From contig NMRA01000170.1 in the NCBI GenBank assembly GCA_002633005.1, positions 503,007-567,006 of the forward strand: a stretch of DNA of 64,000 nt, given 5' to 3'. The notes below the pieces were generated by a model, which saw only the letters and a program-made list of their open reading frames with translations, searched no databases and was not told the origin of the DNA. Positions 1-12,900 of the stretch are shown piece after piece. This DNA is from Phoronis australis. Taxonomy: Eukaryota > Animalia > Phoronida. The position numbers were made by a program, and so were the translations under genes. The first letter of the stretch is position 1, and every line of letters starts with the position of its first letter.

Positions 1-1350
1 ATCCAGTGATGACGCGAAGACCAATGTTCTGGAGCCTCTCAAGTCTGTTGATTTGATTTTTACTGATGTTGATCATGGGGAGAGCGTAGTCGAAGACCGA
101 AGTGACCAGGGCTTTATAAAGCATGACGAGGTGCCTTTCCTCCGCCTTCCGACCAGCCGCAGCCCTAAGGGCATTGATTCCTCTGTTAGCACGGCTGATC
201 ATACTGTTAACTTGAGTTGTGAAGTTGAGCCTGCGGTCAAGTACTACACCCAAGTGACGCATGAGGTCAGATGTTGCAATCAACTTCCCATCTTAGGTAG
301 GGCAAGGGAAATCATCAACACTGAGGCGATTGTCCAGAGTACAGAAGAGAGCTTCAATGCAGTATATGCTTGCTGCCACGTATGCCACGTATATTACAGT
401 AACCAATCCTGAGACGGTTGAGTTGAAGTCTTTCGTACTTGAGTTGTCGGGCTCGTTTGCCAGCTCTTTTACCTCTGCGTTTCTTTCTAGGTCCGCGCTT
501 TCTGGCGCCACGACGGATGTTCTGTCCGGCTGCACTTTCCCAGTCGCGCCGTCTAGCATCCGTATGGATGTTTACTTCTGTAATAAGTCTTGAAGCAGGC
601 GATGGAGTAACGATAAGCCTGTCGAGGTTGTAACAACCTCTTAGCCCCATACGCCCAAAGGGGCAGGCTAACCGCGGCGGGTCAGTTCCCTACTGACCTG
701 GGGCTGCCAGGCTTAAGGCGGGCGGCAACTGACCATTAAGGGTTAAAGAACCCCTCCCACCGTCATGCGTGGCCCCTGACGCCCACCCGACCCCGATGAG
801 GTGATGGCTTAGAATCGGTAAACTGCCACGCACCGGTATGTTCACTGACACAATGTGGCAGCCGGGAGTGACCTCTCCCGGACCCCTGACCAAGAAGACA
901 ATCCGTCGTCTCCTGCCCTTCTGCACGTTGAGTGCGTAAGACAAGTAAGGTATCCAACAGACACTTCGTCCACTCTGATGGGGGGGTCGGCTCCACCTGC
1001 AGCTCCCTGCAGTTCTTCTGACCGTTGAGTGCCAGGGATGTGGAGAGCATCTGAAAGGCACCACGTCCGCTCAGCCACAAAAAGCTAGTATTTTACGGGA
1101 CAAGGTAGTAAGTCTTGAGCCCAACCAATGAAGGGTGCTATTTGCCCATAGCTGGGAGTTAGGTTGGTGAACGCCAGAGCATATCCATACACCGATGGGT
1201 CATGCACGTTGCACCTTTAAGAGTCTAACCTCTTCCGAGATCCCTTGCAAAATTTAGCCTGGGGCCGCAGGGTGCCCAGTTACCATGGTGTACCAGGAGG
1301 AGGTACTGCAAGAGTCTTGATTAGAGGTAGTTAAAGGCCACCAAGGCGGG
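1..1350 (-). mobile_element. Non-LTR retrotransposon (APE-RT LINE, I/Nimb/Ingi-like group), internally deleted and inactive; 3' part runs off the window
   Basis: Minus-strand ORF 650..354 ends in the APE endonuclease start motif LRIGYCNIRGIRG. It is joined near 365 to late RT/thumb sequence EALFCTLDNR...PT*DGKLIATSDLMRHLGVVLDRRLNF...LYKALVTSVFDYALP...RLERLQNIGLRVITG. Long GC-rich hairpin-rich 5' UTR at ~650-1350. Confidence 0.88.
1244..1344 (-). ncRNA. HDV-like self-cleaving ribozyme fold at the LINE 5' end (P1 imperfect)
   Basis: Minus strand, in HDV order: P1 TTGGTGG, P2 CTTGCAG, P3 ACC-TCCTCCT-GGT, P1' ACACCAT, GG (P1.1), P4 CTGGG...CCCAG, J4/2 GCTAAAT, P2' TTGCAAG. Confidence 0.7.
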
Positions 1351-1466
1351 TCTTACATATGTCTTCCTAATTCGTCTCAGAGGACTAGGTGGTCGTAGAA
1401 GCTGAAGAATACTGACCACTGTACTCCCTGGTGGCAGTTTTAGCTCTTTACATCTGTCTCTGGATC

Positions 1467-2279
1467 GGATTGTTCTAAAACCCCCTCGACCCCTACACCC
1501 TCCACCCGCAACCCCCTTCGACCCACAATCCCCACAACCCACGACCCCCTTGACTCACGACGTGTGGCAATAGAGGTCTTTTGCGCTTTTTAGATATTTC
1601 ATAATCTTATTACGTCACTGAGTGACTCTCATAAGGCATACCTACACGCCAATCTGCTCTGGCTCAAGTCTGGTGATCAAAAACGGAAAGTGGTGGGAGA
1701 ACTGGATCTGAAATAGTGCATTGTGAGCGCGCTATCGTCATGGAAATACTTCCACGAGCAGCTACCCATGGCTCACTTATGCTTAACTCGGGAGAAAGTG
1801 TGTTAACGTGAATATATATAATGTCACATTTTTATTATTTGTTTTCTGTTATATACTCGTTTACAATATACTCTATATAACGTTAAAATACTTTTTAGTT
1901 AACAGTTTGTTTTTTCAAACTGTATTTACTCATGAAATTGTGGGTTCCTCGCACTCTCCGCAAAAAAGGTTGAATCTGCCATTTACTGAAGAGCAGACGA
2001 GACAATTACACTCTGCCGGGAATGACATGTGTAACGTTGGTTGGTCTTTGATTTGATTTGATCGCGTTGTTTTTCTCTGTTTGGCTTTTAAACTTGCCGA
2101 ATCGACTCTCGCAAAAAACATGGAAATGCCAGGCAAGATAACAGCTCAACTCATTGGTCCTGCAAGTTGGCGCTTGTTCTATATTCAGATCGAGTGGAGC
2201 TTGTGTAGACTGGTTCGAGGGGGTTGTGGGTAGTGGGGGTAATGTGGGGTGTGGGGTCGAGGGGGTTTTGGAACATTCC
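1467..2279. mobile_element. MULE/Mutator-like MITE with 9-bp TSD
   Basis: TIRs GGATTGTTCTAAAACCCCCTCGACCCC / GGGGTCGAGGGGGTTTTGGAACATTCC; TSD CTCTGGATC at 1458-1466 and 2280-2288. Confidence 0.8.
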
Positions 2280-2945
2280 CTCTGGATCTTCAGAGTTCAT
2301 CGATGAATGTTCGAGAAATTTAACAAGTTTCTACTAAGGAAATGAAGATAGTTTTCTAGTTTTTGCATGATTTGATGTGTTTTGGCACCACCTAATGACT
2401 ATTTTTATTCTCTAAAGTCCGTTTTTTGTTCCTGATTGATTTGTGGACGTAACAACTGTGATGCCTCCTGGTTACTATTTTTTGTCTTTTTTGCTTTCTC
2501 TGTTGTATCTCAACACACCTTCGAAGGATCTTCGTGAAATTTTGCAAGAACTTGTTTTAAATTAATATTATGAATGTGACTATGGTTACCTACAACTATT
2601 GGACGATTCTGACTACTGCTGTACCCCCTAGTGGCAATTTGGTTCTTCGTTTGCATCTGTAACTTCAGAGTTCTGTGGTAGTTTTCACTGACAAGTGGTA
2701 AACAAGTTCCAGCTATGATGGTGATATCATTTATTTATTTTGGGATGGATTTGGCGTATTCTACGCCACTGAGTGTCTATTTTGACACCAACAAACACCA
2801 TTGAAGAACACTGTTTGCATTACTGTCATGCTTGCATTTTAGCGCTCTGCCTTGGTATTGTTTTTTGTTTTTCTTGCGTCCATGGCTGTATCTCCTTAAC
2901 TCTTTGACAGATCTTTGTGAAATGTGGCAGACGTGTTCCTTACAG

Positions 2946-4930
2946 CAGTGCCGTAGGAAGCGGGAGGAGGGGGCAACGTGCCCCCCATAATTTTTAAGGC
3001 GTCTGGGTTAAACTGTGGCTACTGACGTAGGCGTGGGGCCGGGCACAGTAGAGAAAAGAAAGACTGCAAATACGGATAAGAGAGCAAATTCTAGAGACCA
3101 TTTGACAACTCAATATCAGTGCATGGTTTACCCTGTGCGGGCCCTGGCCAAGATATTGTTGTTAGACCAGGTCTTCATTTTTGCAGCATAGTAGGTCGTA
3201 TAAACGCACTTGAAAATGTGTACTTAACCATTCACACATGTATTTCGAAAAATTGAGAAAATTATGAATTCAAAACAATTTTTTTGCGAATGCAAAACTG
3301 TTTTTCCACAGGTCCCTGTCTGGCTCTATTTTTTCTTCGAAATTGAATTTCACTTGAGAAAAAATGAAGACCTGACAGATAATATCAATTGCTGTGAATT
3401 TCGTGATCTTTGAAGATATAAATCTTTTCATATTTAGGGGCCCAGCCCTCGAACAGGGCCATTAACGATATTCAAGTGGCCACTATTTTCGTGTATTTAT
3501 TGACAAATTCTTAAGGGGTCGCTCACGGAGAGAGGGCCCAATGTTGGAATCGATTTCCTCTATTTTTCGGTTTTGGGTGAAATTGTACAACCGCTTTTCA
3601 TGCTGAGGAAGGTCCCTTCTTGCAGGGTACGCGATGATGGAATGAACTTTCACTCTTTTCCAAGCTTAATGATGTTTAGCCTTTTGTCTTAAGGTGTCCC
3701 ATTTCAGACGGGACCCTCTATCGGTGGGGCGGTTTGAGGGAATTGTCCCTTTGTCTCTCTATACATAAATCTGACACTGCCAAGACCACTTTTTGTGAAT
3801 TACACAAAAGGATTACTTCCGATGGTTAGTTATGAAATAAATTAATGTTACTTTACCCACAATATCACGAGAAAAGTATTTCTTTGGAAGATCGTTACTA
3901 GGAGTTGTTTGTAAGGAATTCGCACGTGTCGAAAAGACCGTCATACTTACGATATGTGATGACCTGCCACATGTCGAATGGTGGTACTCAAAGTGCTTGC
4001 AATGATCATAAACAACGGTTTCAGCGTTTTTTGGAGATCAACTTTAACTCGTAAACCGTTATAGGTACCTCTGAAATGAGCAACAATACACCTAAATACG
4101 AATGCCCCATCTCCCATGTTCCCCCCAGCTCCCTGTCAAAAATCTGCGAGCATGCCTGCGGAAATTGCTAATAACATTCCGTTTTCATAAAAAAAATTCG
4201 TTGGTTTCTGATTTAGATGTTTATGTATCTACGAAAATTGAAAGATTAACAGATTAGTTTTGACAATTAGAAGCTAATCTTATAAGAATTGCAACCTGAA
4301 ATTGAAGAAACTCTGTGATCTGATCCCCAAATAGTAAAACATGCTTAGAACTGAATTTGAACTCCTGGCGTTGAATGTGTATATTTTTGGGACACAACCT
4401 GTATCACTTTCCCAGCCGCCAGAAACTGGACTACTTGTCGTGTTTCAGCAAGGAAATTTGAAACAGCCCCAAAGACACTATATCAGGGACTTTGATGCCT
4501 TCAAAGAATAACAGTAATAAAATGAGATTTTCCCGAAACTGGATCATAACAAAACGAATCTTGACCTTTAAAAGCCAGCGCAGATGGATAGGTACGAGTT
4601 ACGAGCTAAGTTGCCCGTCTCAAGTGAATCATAGCTGACCCAACCAGCAACTGGTTTTAGTTCATCGAATTTCATATTTTCACACTGTTAAATATCAGCT
4701 ACAGTTACTTGAGGCAGCTTCCGACTATCCGTCAGTGCGCTGGCCCTAGGCTCATTCTATAATTTTCTGTGAAACTTTGTTGGTTCACGGTAGCTGCATC
4801 CTCGGGACATGAGGGTTCGGTTCAAATATGGCGGAGAACAAGGGGGTGAGTGGTATGGGGCTGAGGTGGTGGCGAAGTCAAATTGGTTTGTGCGCCCCTC
4901 CCTAATAATTTTTGTCTTCCTACGGGCCTG
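2946..4930 (+). mobile_element. hAT-like non-autonomous DNA transposon (family also at 27490-33928)
   Basis: TIRs CAGTGCCGTAGGAAG / CTTCCTACGGGCCTG; internal sequence recurs at 27490-30200 (+) and 30240-33324 (-); no clean TSD seen. Confidence 0.6.
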
Positions 4931-6889
4931 CATAGGGATGGTAACGGATGATGACGAGCTTCAGACCAATCCGACTTCCCCTAGTGGCAGTTTTTTTACG
5001 TTTGCCTCTGTATGCTTGGAGTTTATCGATGGATTTTCTGAAATTTGGCAAATAGGTTTCTATTAAGGCGAGAACTATGCCTTAATTTCTATTTTCGGAC
5101 GCTCCGACATATTTTACATCACCTCGCCATATTTATAATTTTAGTATCTGCCTCATTGCTCAGAGGATTATTATAAATCGTAGCAGTTGTGTTCCTGATG
5201 AAAAGACCTTGGCTGACATTGATTTTTGAAAGGATTTGACACCTGTTGTAGTGATTTTTAATTTTTTGAGACCATGGCTGCAGCTCCTTGATTACTTTGC
5301 ATGATGTTTGTGAGCTTTTGTAGGTATTTTCCTTTTGATGTGACAGTGGATCCCCATGACTCTTTGGATGGCTCTAGCTGAGTACCACTATACCCCCCCC
5401 CCGCAGCAATTTCATTTTTTTACCTTTGCCGCTGTATCTTCTGAAGTCTTTGATGTTTTTTAATGAAATTTGAAATCAGGTTTCTATTATGAAGATGGCA
5501 GCAACTTTACAATTCGGGAATTTGACATACTCTGCGCCACCTAGTGGCCATGTTAAATATTTCCGAGTCCGCTTTTTGCCGTATGCTTCTGTATCTGCCA
5601 AACCGCTCAGAGGACCATTATGAAAATTTGCAGATATGTTGCTGTTGACATAGGAGCTACTGGAATGAATTTTTAGATGGGTACAAGACCAGGTGGTGCT
5701 TCCGAGTGACATTATTTTCGCATCTGCGGCTGTATCTTTTAACTCCTTGCAAGGTCGCAATTTGTCAGGTCTATTCGTAATAACTTGACGTCAGATGGAC
5801 GGATTTGACTTTTGCTTTTCCTTCTAATGTCAATTCGTTTTTATGTCTACCTAGTTTGTATATTTGGAGTTCCATGGTAGATTTTCATGAAATTTGACAA
5901 ACAGCTTCGGACAGGTTTGACGCATTTTGCGCCCTCTAATAGCCATTTTATGATACTTAAAAAACATTAGAAGCACACCATTTGCGTAGCAGTTGTGGGC
6001 ACATTTCAACGCTCTGCGTTGCTCTTGTTTAATTTCATGATATTTGTTCATTTTTCATGGCAATAATGCAGATGCGAATGTTGGCATTAATTGATTGGAT
6101 GTAGTAGTTGATATTTAACAATTCATGTAGTAAGATAATGGTACTAATGTACTTGGCTGCTGTAGTAAAACCTTTCATAGAAAATGGGGGTAATTTAAAT
6201 AAAATTTAGTTGTCTGTTTTAAATGGATCGCAATCGCATTCACTTGTATTGAGCAAACACAATGTCCTACTGGTTACTGAACACTGTCTCTGTTGGGTAA
6301 TTCTCGTGTTTGTTCCGTGAATGCGCGAATGGAGAACTAAGATGCTGGTATTTAGCTGAGCAGCAGGAGTTCATCCGGGATTTCAAAAATAGTGTTTCCA
6401 ATTTCTCAGGGCGTCCATGACCAAACGACTCGTGAATAAACTTTTATGACCTCGAGTCAAATTGCTGTTATAGTGTAGGATCTTACTGTGGGGACATGGT
6501 TGGACACTAAAAGCTTTTGTGTCTTACATAGCTTCTAAATGAACTTTTATTCTCGACATACTAATGAGCCCTCGCATCTAGTGCTAGCAAGTCAAAACAG
6601 ACATTCGTGCTTCTTGCTTACGTTACTTGAGTGTCTAAATGCTGAACAGGGCGCCTTAGCTAGAATGTCTAAATTTGAACCAGGGGGTGCATTTGGATCC
6701 CCTAGACACTCTCTAGCTGAAGGCCTCATTGCTGAGTAGTTTACGTTTTTTGTTTTTGTTCCTTGAAATTAGCAAGTGCACACCAATGGAATTATTTAAC
6801 GGTGAAAAATGTCCGTCCGAGATAACCAATGATCTTTATTTTGTTCCCTTTAACGATTTGTATTCTGTAAAGAGTATTTTTTTTTACAG

Positions 6890-6941
6890 CAAGGAAATGT
6901 TAGAAAGGCCCTTATTTTGACTGACGAGCTGCTAGGTATTG
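6890..6941 (+). CDS. P4HA: P4HA copy A exon 5 (QGNVRKALILTDELLGI)
   Basis: tttttacag|CAAGGA...ATTG|gtaagt, 52 nt, phase 0-1; matches human QGDLDKALLLTKKLLEL. Confidence 0.88.
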
Positions 6942-9900
6942 GTAAGTGGCTCTGTTCATGCCATGAGGATTCTGAATAGTTTACTTAAAGTTATGTGAGA
7001 CCTTATGGAGAAGACGGTACATGCAGAATAAAATTTACTCAGTAAAAGTATATATTTTATGTTAGTAGAAATTCCGTAGAATTTCATTTGTTTGGCTTTA
7101 TAACTACTTGCATTAGGTCACTTACTTTTGAGTAAAATTTAGCAAAAAAGAATGGTACATTCTTAGCAAAACAACAGGATGGATAACGTGACCAAATTTT
7201 GTGTGAATTGATATTAATGTTCAGCTGACATAAATTACCGCTACCTCCCACAAAACTTGGCCAATTTTTGTGGGGAAAAGTTCTATTCCCAAATTTTTAT
7301 GAGGAATTTAAATGTGGGCTTTGTTTCCGTCCACAAAAATGGCGAAAAATTAAATCAGACGTCTTAATTGTTTTTGCTACTCGTATCTTAATGCTGTCGG
7401 ATTAAAGAGAAATCTAGGGGAAGGACTTGTGGTTTTCTGAACATCCGGAGTTGCCTGCCTGCCAACTCTAGACGGACCATCACAGCATTGTAATGTTATG
7501 CAATTTCTAAATTTGGGTGTGGATGTTAGGTAGAGTTGCAATCTTTCTGCCATTCGTAAACAGTTAGAAACGTAGTGCGAATCTCTTGGATTTCCCGCTA
7601 CACAAAAGGGCAACAAGACGATTGGAAAAATAAAAATGCCAAGAACTAGCAGGAGCAAAGAACGCTTTCCATCGACTATTCTGCTACCATTGAGTGACGA
7701 CGTATTTCGTAATATTGCTGCTTTATACCACACTATTAGCGTCAAATGGCAGATACAACCGTGTAATAACCCATAAAGTTTGGCGGGAAACCGAGGACGG
7801 AGTAGAACCCGGGACCTTGGTAATGCTGGTCGCCGACTTTACCACTACACCATGCAGCGACTGACGTCATCAAGAGTGAAAATAGAATACTTAAATGAGC
7901 ACGCGCAATAATCGCACGTTCAACAAACCTCATTGTACTGTACTTTTACGCTACAAAAATAAGACACATAATTTCCATAAAAATGATATCTTAATTCAGT
8001 GAAATTTTTCTGTCATGTTCTCTTACTTGTAAATCACCGATATCCATTTTGAATGCGGGTATAGTGTCGTCAGGATCTTTGACTTGAGAATTATATTCAG
8101 TTACCAGTGGTAACCTACTTTAGCAGACGATAATTTCCCGGTCGAAGCTTAGCGTGAAAAAAACGTGTTTTAAGCTATAATAGTTGGTAAACCTTAATTT
8201 TATAAATTAAATTTATTTCTATTATATTCAAGTTTTCAATTGGTTTTGAGTAAAAGCATTATATGACAAAAATAGCCCGGCTTTTCTTAAAAGGTCACGA
8301 CCTCCGACCCTGGGCCTCTGACATAGAAAGTAGTTACAAAGCCGTGGAGGGTCAGAAAAGGTAAATCGATTCATTGCAAAATGTTTCTCGTTTAGTATGT
8401 GGTAACGCCCCTCGGGCGATAATTCTCCAAAATCCACTCGGGCTCTAGATAACTGGGGATAACGACTTCGCCATGTAATAATCTATATGTATCGTGAAAT
8501 GACTATTGAAATCAATGTGGATTTTGTTTGCTTTGTATCCACTTTTGGACACAGCCGGCTAGGCTTGTATATGCACTTCATATTTTTTAGTATTTTCTGT
8601 GTGTTTTTCGATTACTAAACATTATTGTCTCTATCCCCATGAAACTTGAAAGTGAAGAAGGAATACACCACGAGCTTTATAAATTGTCAATAAATTAGGA
8701 AACAAGATGGCAGTCAAGTAGAGTTTTACTTTTTCGTTCAAGACAAGATGTGCCAAATAAATGCTTCTAAAGTTTTTTGCTAGTCTACGTTAAAATGATG
8801 ATGTCTTGAGAAATATAATTGTAGACGTTCACAGCTGTTACAATATTAGAAACCTTTGAAAAATGAAAGTATGCTTCTCTAGTTCTTGAATATCTTGGTC
8901 ATATTTATTATTTTAGCTACTATTGTATAAGAGAATGTTGGTGTGGTGAATGCATTTTATTACATCAATGAATGGAAGAAAAACTGAATGTGCAATGACA
9001 GTCATAATTTGCTATGACTGATGTCACAATTTTGTTACTACAGTCATAATTCTTTCAGTTCCCGACCACGAGAGGGCGCTGGAAAACAAACGTTTCTACG
9101 AAACGGTCATTGCACAGCAGGAGGCACAAGCGGGAAAAAAAGGAGATGACCTTCCAGTGGAGACAAACCAAAACAAACGGCAACTGGACGAGTACAGGAA
9201 CTCGCAGGAGTTTTTCAACTATGAATCGTTGTGCCGAGGGGAAGATGTTATTGTGAGTCTTTGAAACTGCTGAGTTCTTGTTATGTTTTCTGGTCCTCAT
9301 CTGCTGCAATTTTCATGTTTAGACTCCTATTAGTACTGCAATCTTCAATTTCACACAAAATTATGAGCAAATTGATACGATTTTTGTAAGGCCGATTTCA
9401 TTGCTGTTAAAATGCTCAAAGTTTTACCAAAGTGAATGTTCTCTTCATAACAGTGTGCAGTACAATTGATGCTCATAATCATGTAAAAAATCAGTGTTTC
9501 TTTTTGTTGACGAATTTGACAAATTAAAATTGCACTCCCGTTTGCCGAATAGTGTTCTAAGTTCTAGAGCATTTCCATTGGAAATAAATTAAACCCTTTT
9601 CATATCTGCGCTCTTGTATCACTATGACTGTCTACATCAGCCCAACCCTGACGTTCACAAGCTGAAGTGTTTCTACGCACACAAGAACAATCCCCGACGC
9701 TACCTGAAGCCCTTTAAGGAGGAGGAAGTTTACCTCAACCCACGAATCGTTATTTTCCATGATGTCATCTCTGATGCTGAGATAGATCTGATAAAGAAAA
9801 TAGCGGGACCCCGGGTAAGCAGATGTCACAATTGACATGGCAGTTGCAGAGCAGACGGGCTGTCAGTTGTTAGTAGTTGATAGACATATACATTGTAATT

Positions 9901-12900
9901 TCCATATTCTTAGTTTTCAGCCTTCTGAAGAATTCATCTGTATTTGACACCATCAACTGTACTGTCTGTATTTTGTATGTTAAAAGCTCAGACTTGCTGT
10001 ATTTTATGCATTGCTGAAAAGGAATTATTAGATCTCATCAAAAGCAATTCTAACTAGAAAGCACTGAGTCATAACTTATGATATCAGACTGTTTACACAT
10101 GCACACATGCCAGGGTTATGATTGAAAATAGAACAAAACTTATATAAACTTCAAAACTTCACTTGGTAAAATCAGTGAAGAAATGCACTGTAAAGCAGTG
10201 ACATCTGTTCACGTGTACTTGGGTGTGCAGTCTGACTATTGACAGTTGTGGTTTTCACAATTGTTAGTTTGACAATGGTTAATTTTTCTAAACATAAATA
10301 TGATGATTTTGCAAAATCAAAAGTGTGGTCTTCAAGACATTCATTGTTTGATGAAAATAGAGTAACGTTGCTGCTAAGTACAATCTTCTTGATTAACATT
10401 GACGGACTTGTTGTTTCTTCGCGTTGAAGCTCACACTCTATGAAAAATTGTCATTTCCTGGATTTAAAAATTTATCAACAATCATATAACATGTAATATA
10501 ACAATGAAGCAAAAGAGTTGCAGATTGTATTATTTTGATATCATTTTCCTCTGGATACAGTGATGCTCAGTGGTTTTTATTCTAGAAGATAAGTTGTAAC
10601 CTACTTTGCCAACATAGTTCTTGCAGCAAGCTATAAAATATTTTTCAGCTTATGCAAGGCACAGACAAAGAGTCACTAGCTCAAATACCTGCCTCAAGTG
10701 AAAGATGGTTACCTGTAAACAGCCCGAAAAAATCTCAGTGAAATATGCCAATTTGGCTACTTCTAGTTGGTTTCTTATTTAACTTCTTACCGTGTGCCTC
10801 CTGTTTACTACGTAACCTCCTATGGATGGTGTCGTGATAATTTCGCATGACTATCATTGGTCAGTGAAGCTCATCAACCAAGTTCTTTGCACCAACCGCT
10901 GTGAGGATTTGCGTGCGCTTGGAAAGAAATCAATGTAATGGTGTACTTTCCTCACTGCCTAATGTGAGGAGGAATGCTCCCTGCAGTCCGCTTAGGCGCA
11001 GGCATGAGTTGTTTGCTGAGGTTACATCCATTTGAGGTGGATGACTCTCTGTCTGAGCCTAGCTTTACAGACTCTCTGTCATTTTTCAATCCATTATTCA
11101 TACTAAGTATTCTTACAGCTGCACCGTTCCTTGATTCAAAATTCAACTACAGGAGAACCGGAAGTTTTTCCGTTTCGAATCAGTAAGAGGTAAGAACAAT
11201 GCATGAGTGAAGAAACCCTTGAGTGTAGACTTATATGTGCTTGTTAACGCGTACTGCAAACTGTCAGAGAGGTATATCTAGTAAGTGAAAAATTGAAGCT
11301 ATATATACACTCAGCTCATCGGATTTCAAAGCTTGGATGGTTTTTCTTACCTCAACCTTTGCCACTGAAACATGAAACATTTTTCGAACTGTGTGACGTT
11401 GCATGACTAATGGATAGCAAGCAGTCATTGGACATACACTTCCACATAGGTTGGGCCCATTGCACAAACACGTCATTTGAAACTCATGAGAAAGGCCCTC
11501 ATTCAGTCATAAGGTTCTTCGTGAGAGCGGTTGCAAAAATCTGTAGACGTGTAGGTCACGTACATCTGCTATTGGTGCTTGGCATTTGAACCTACTTACT
11601 GTTTACAGATAGCATATGCATCCACACCCATTGCTGTTTCTACTTGTCTGGTCATTTCTCTTGAGTATCTTAATATTTCCATTTATGCACCTGGTACATT
11701 GTTTCAATGGCCCCACAGTGAGAAACTAGCTGTGAATAATCCCAGTATGGATGAAAACAAATTTTTACTATGAACAATTTTGCATTGGGTTACAAATTGT
11801 GGTGAGATTCTCAGTTCCAGTATATATTCCAGAATTATTTTGGAAACATTCGTTCATGAGTTTGCTGGGTTTCATCATTTCTTTAAAATACGCTGTTGGA
11901 GCATGTGTGATAATACTCTGCCTTTTGTTATTCTGATGTGATCGGCTCTTGGCCAGTTTATTATCTGTTCAGACACTGGCTTTATCTGAGAAGAGTGTTT
12001 TCCTGGTCTGATAACAGGGGGCGACATAACTTGCTGGGTTTTCTTAATGTTATGGGACGCCACAGATTAATGAAAATAGTTCCTGTAAGAGATTTTTGCA
12101 AAATAACTAGGATTTTGAAATATTGGGAACACAGATTTTGTGAATTTTGAGCTGGCCTTTGCCTTTGGATACCCGGCTTATGTTAAAGTCCTTCTCTCAC
12201 GCGTTGTTAACCCTTATTATATGGTTAGAAGATGTTATAAGGATCCAAAAAGTACCTACTCCATAACCAATACACGATTAGTACTCGAAAACAGTTTAAA
12301 TGAACGCGCCACTCACGATTCGCACCCGAAGAAACACCGCCATTTTGAACTTGCCGNTCAGTTCCCGACCACGAGAGGGCGCTGGAAAACAAACGTTTCT
12401 ACGAAACGGTCATTGCACAGCAGGAGGCACAAGCAGGAAAAAAAGGAGATGACCTTCCAGTGGAGACAAACCAAAACAAACGGCAACTGGACGAGTACAG
12501 GAACTCGCAGGAGTTTTTCAACTATGAATCGTTGTGCCGAGGGGAAGATGTTATTGTGAGTCTTTGAAACTGCTGAGTGCTTGTTATGTTTTCTGGTCCT
12601 CATCTGCTGCAATTTTCATTTTTAGACTCCTATTAGTACTGCAATCTTCAATTTCACACAAAATTATGAGCAAATTGATACGATTTTTGTAAGGCCGATT
12701 TCATTGCTGTTAAAATGATCAAAGTTTTACCAAAGTGAATGTTCTCTTCATAACAGTGTGCAGTACAATTGATGCTCATAATCATGTAAAAAATCAGTGT
12801 TTCTTTTTGTTGACGAATTTGACAAATTAAAATTACACTCCCGTTTGCCGAATAGTGTTCTAAGTTCTAGAGCATTTCCATTGGAAATAAATTAAATCCT

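Larger units (their letters stand above)
1380..6028 (+). mobile_element. Helentron/HINE-like non-autonomous element with CCCTAGTGGC-type internal repeats; hosts nested insertions (paralogous copy ~39300-42053)
   Basis: Recurring ccctagtggcaattt / atgaaatttgg units. 3' end GTGGGCACAT + CAACGCTCTGCGTTG hairpin + CTCTTGTTT, as in the complete copy at 60692-61973. Left boundary approximate. Confidence 0.6.

Noticed and set aside
53-633. Plus-strand ORFs at the window start
   Set aside because: Antisense shadows of the minus-strand LINE coding sequence.
905-975. Minus-strand DEVSV..YLSYALNVQ resembling P4HA DKVSVLDYLSYA
   Set aside because: Antisense to the gene, needs frameshifts and lies in the LINE 5' UTR; probably chance.
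10649-10714. Possible alternative exon 8 (LMQGTDKESLAQIPASSER) after tttttcag
   Set aside because: No RISK-like motif and only weak donors.
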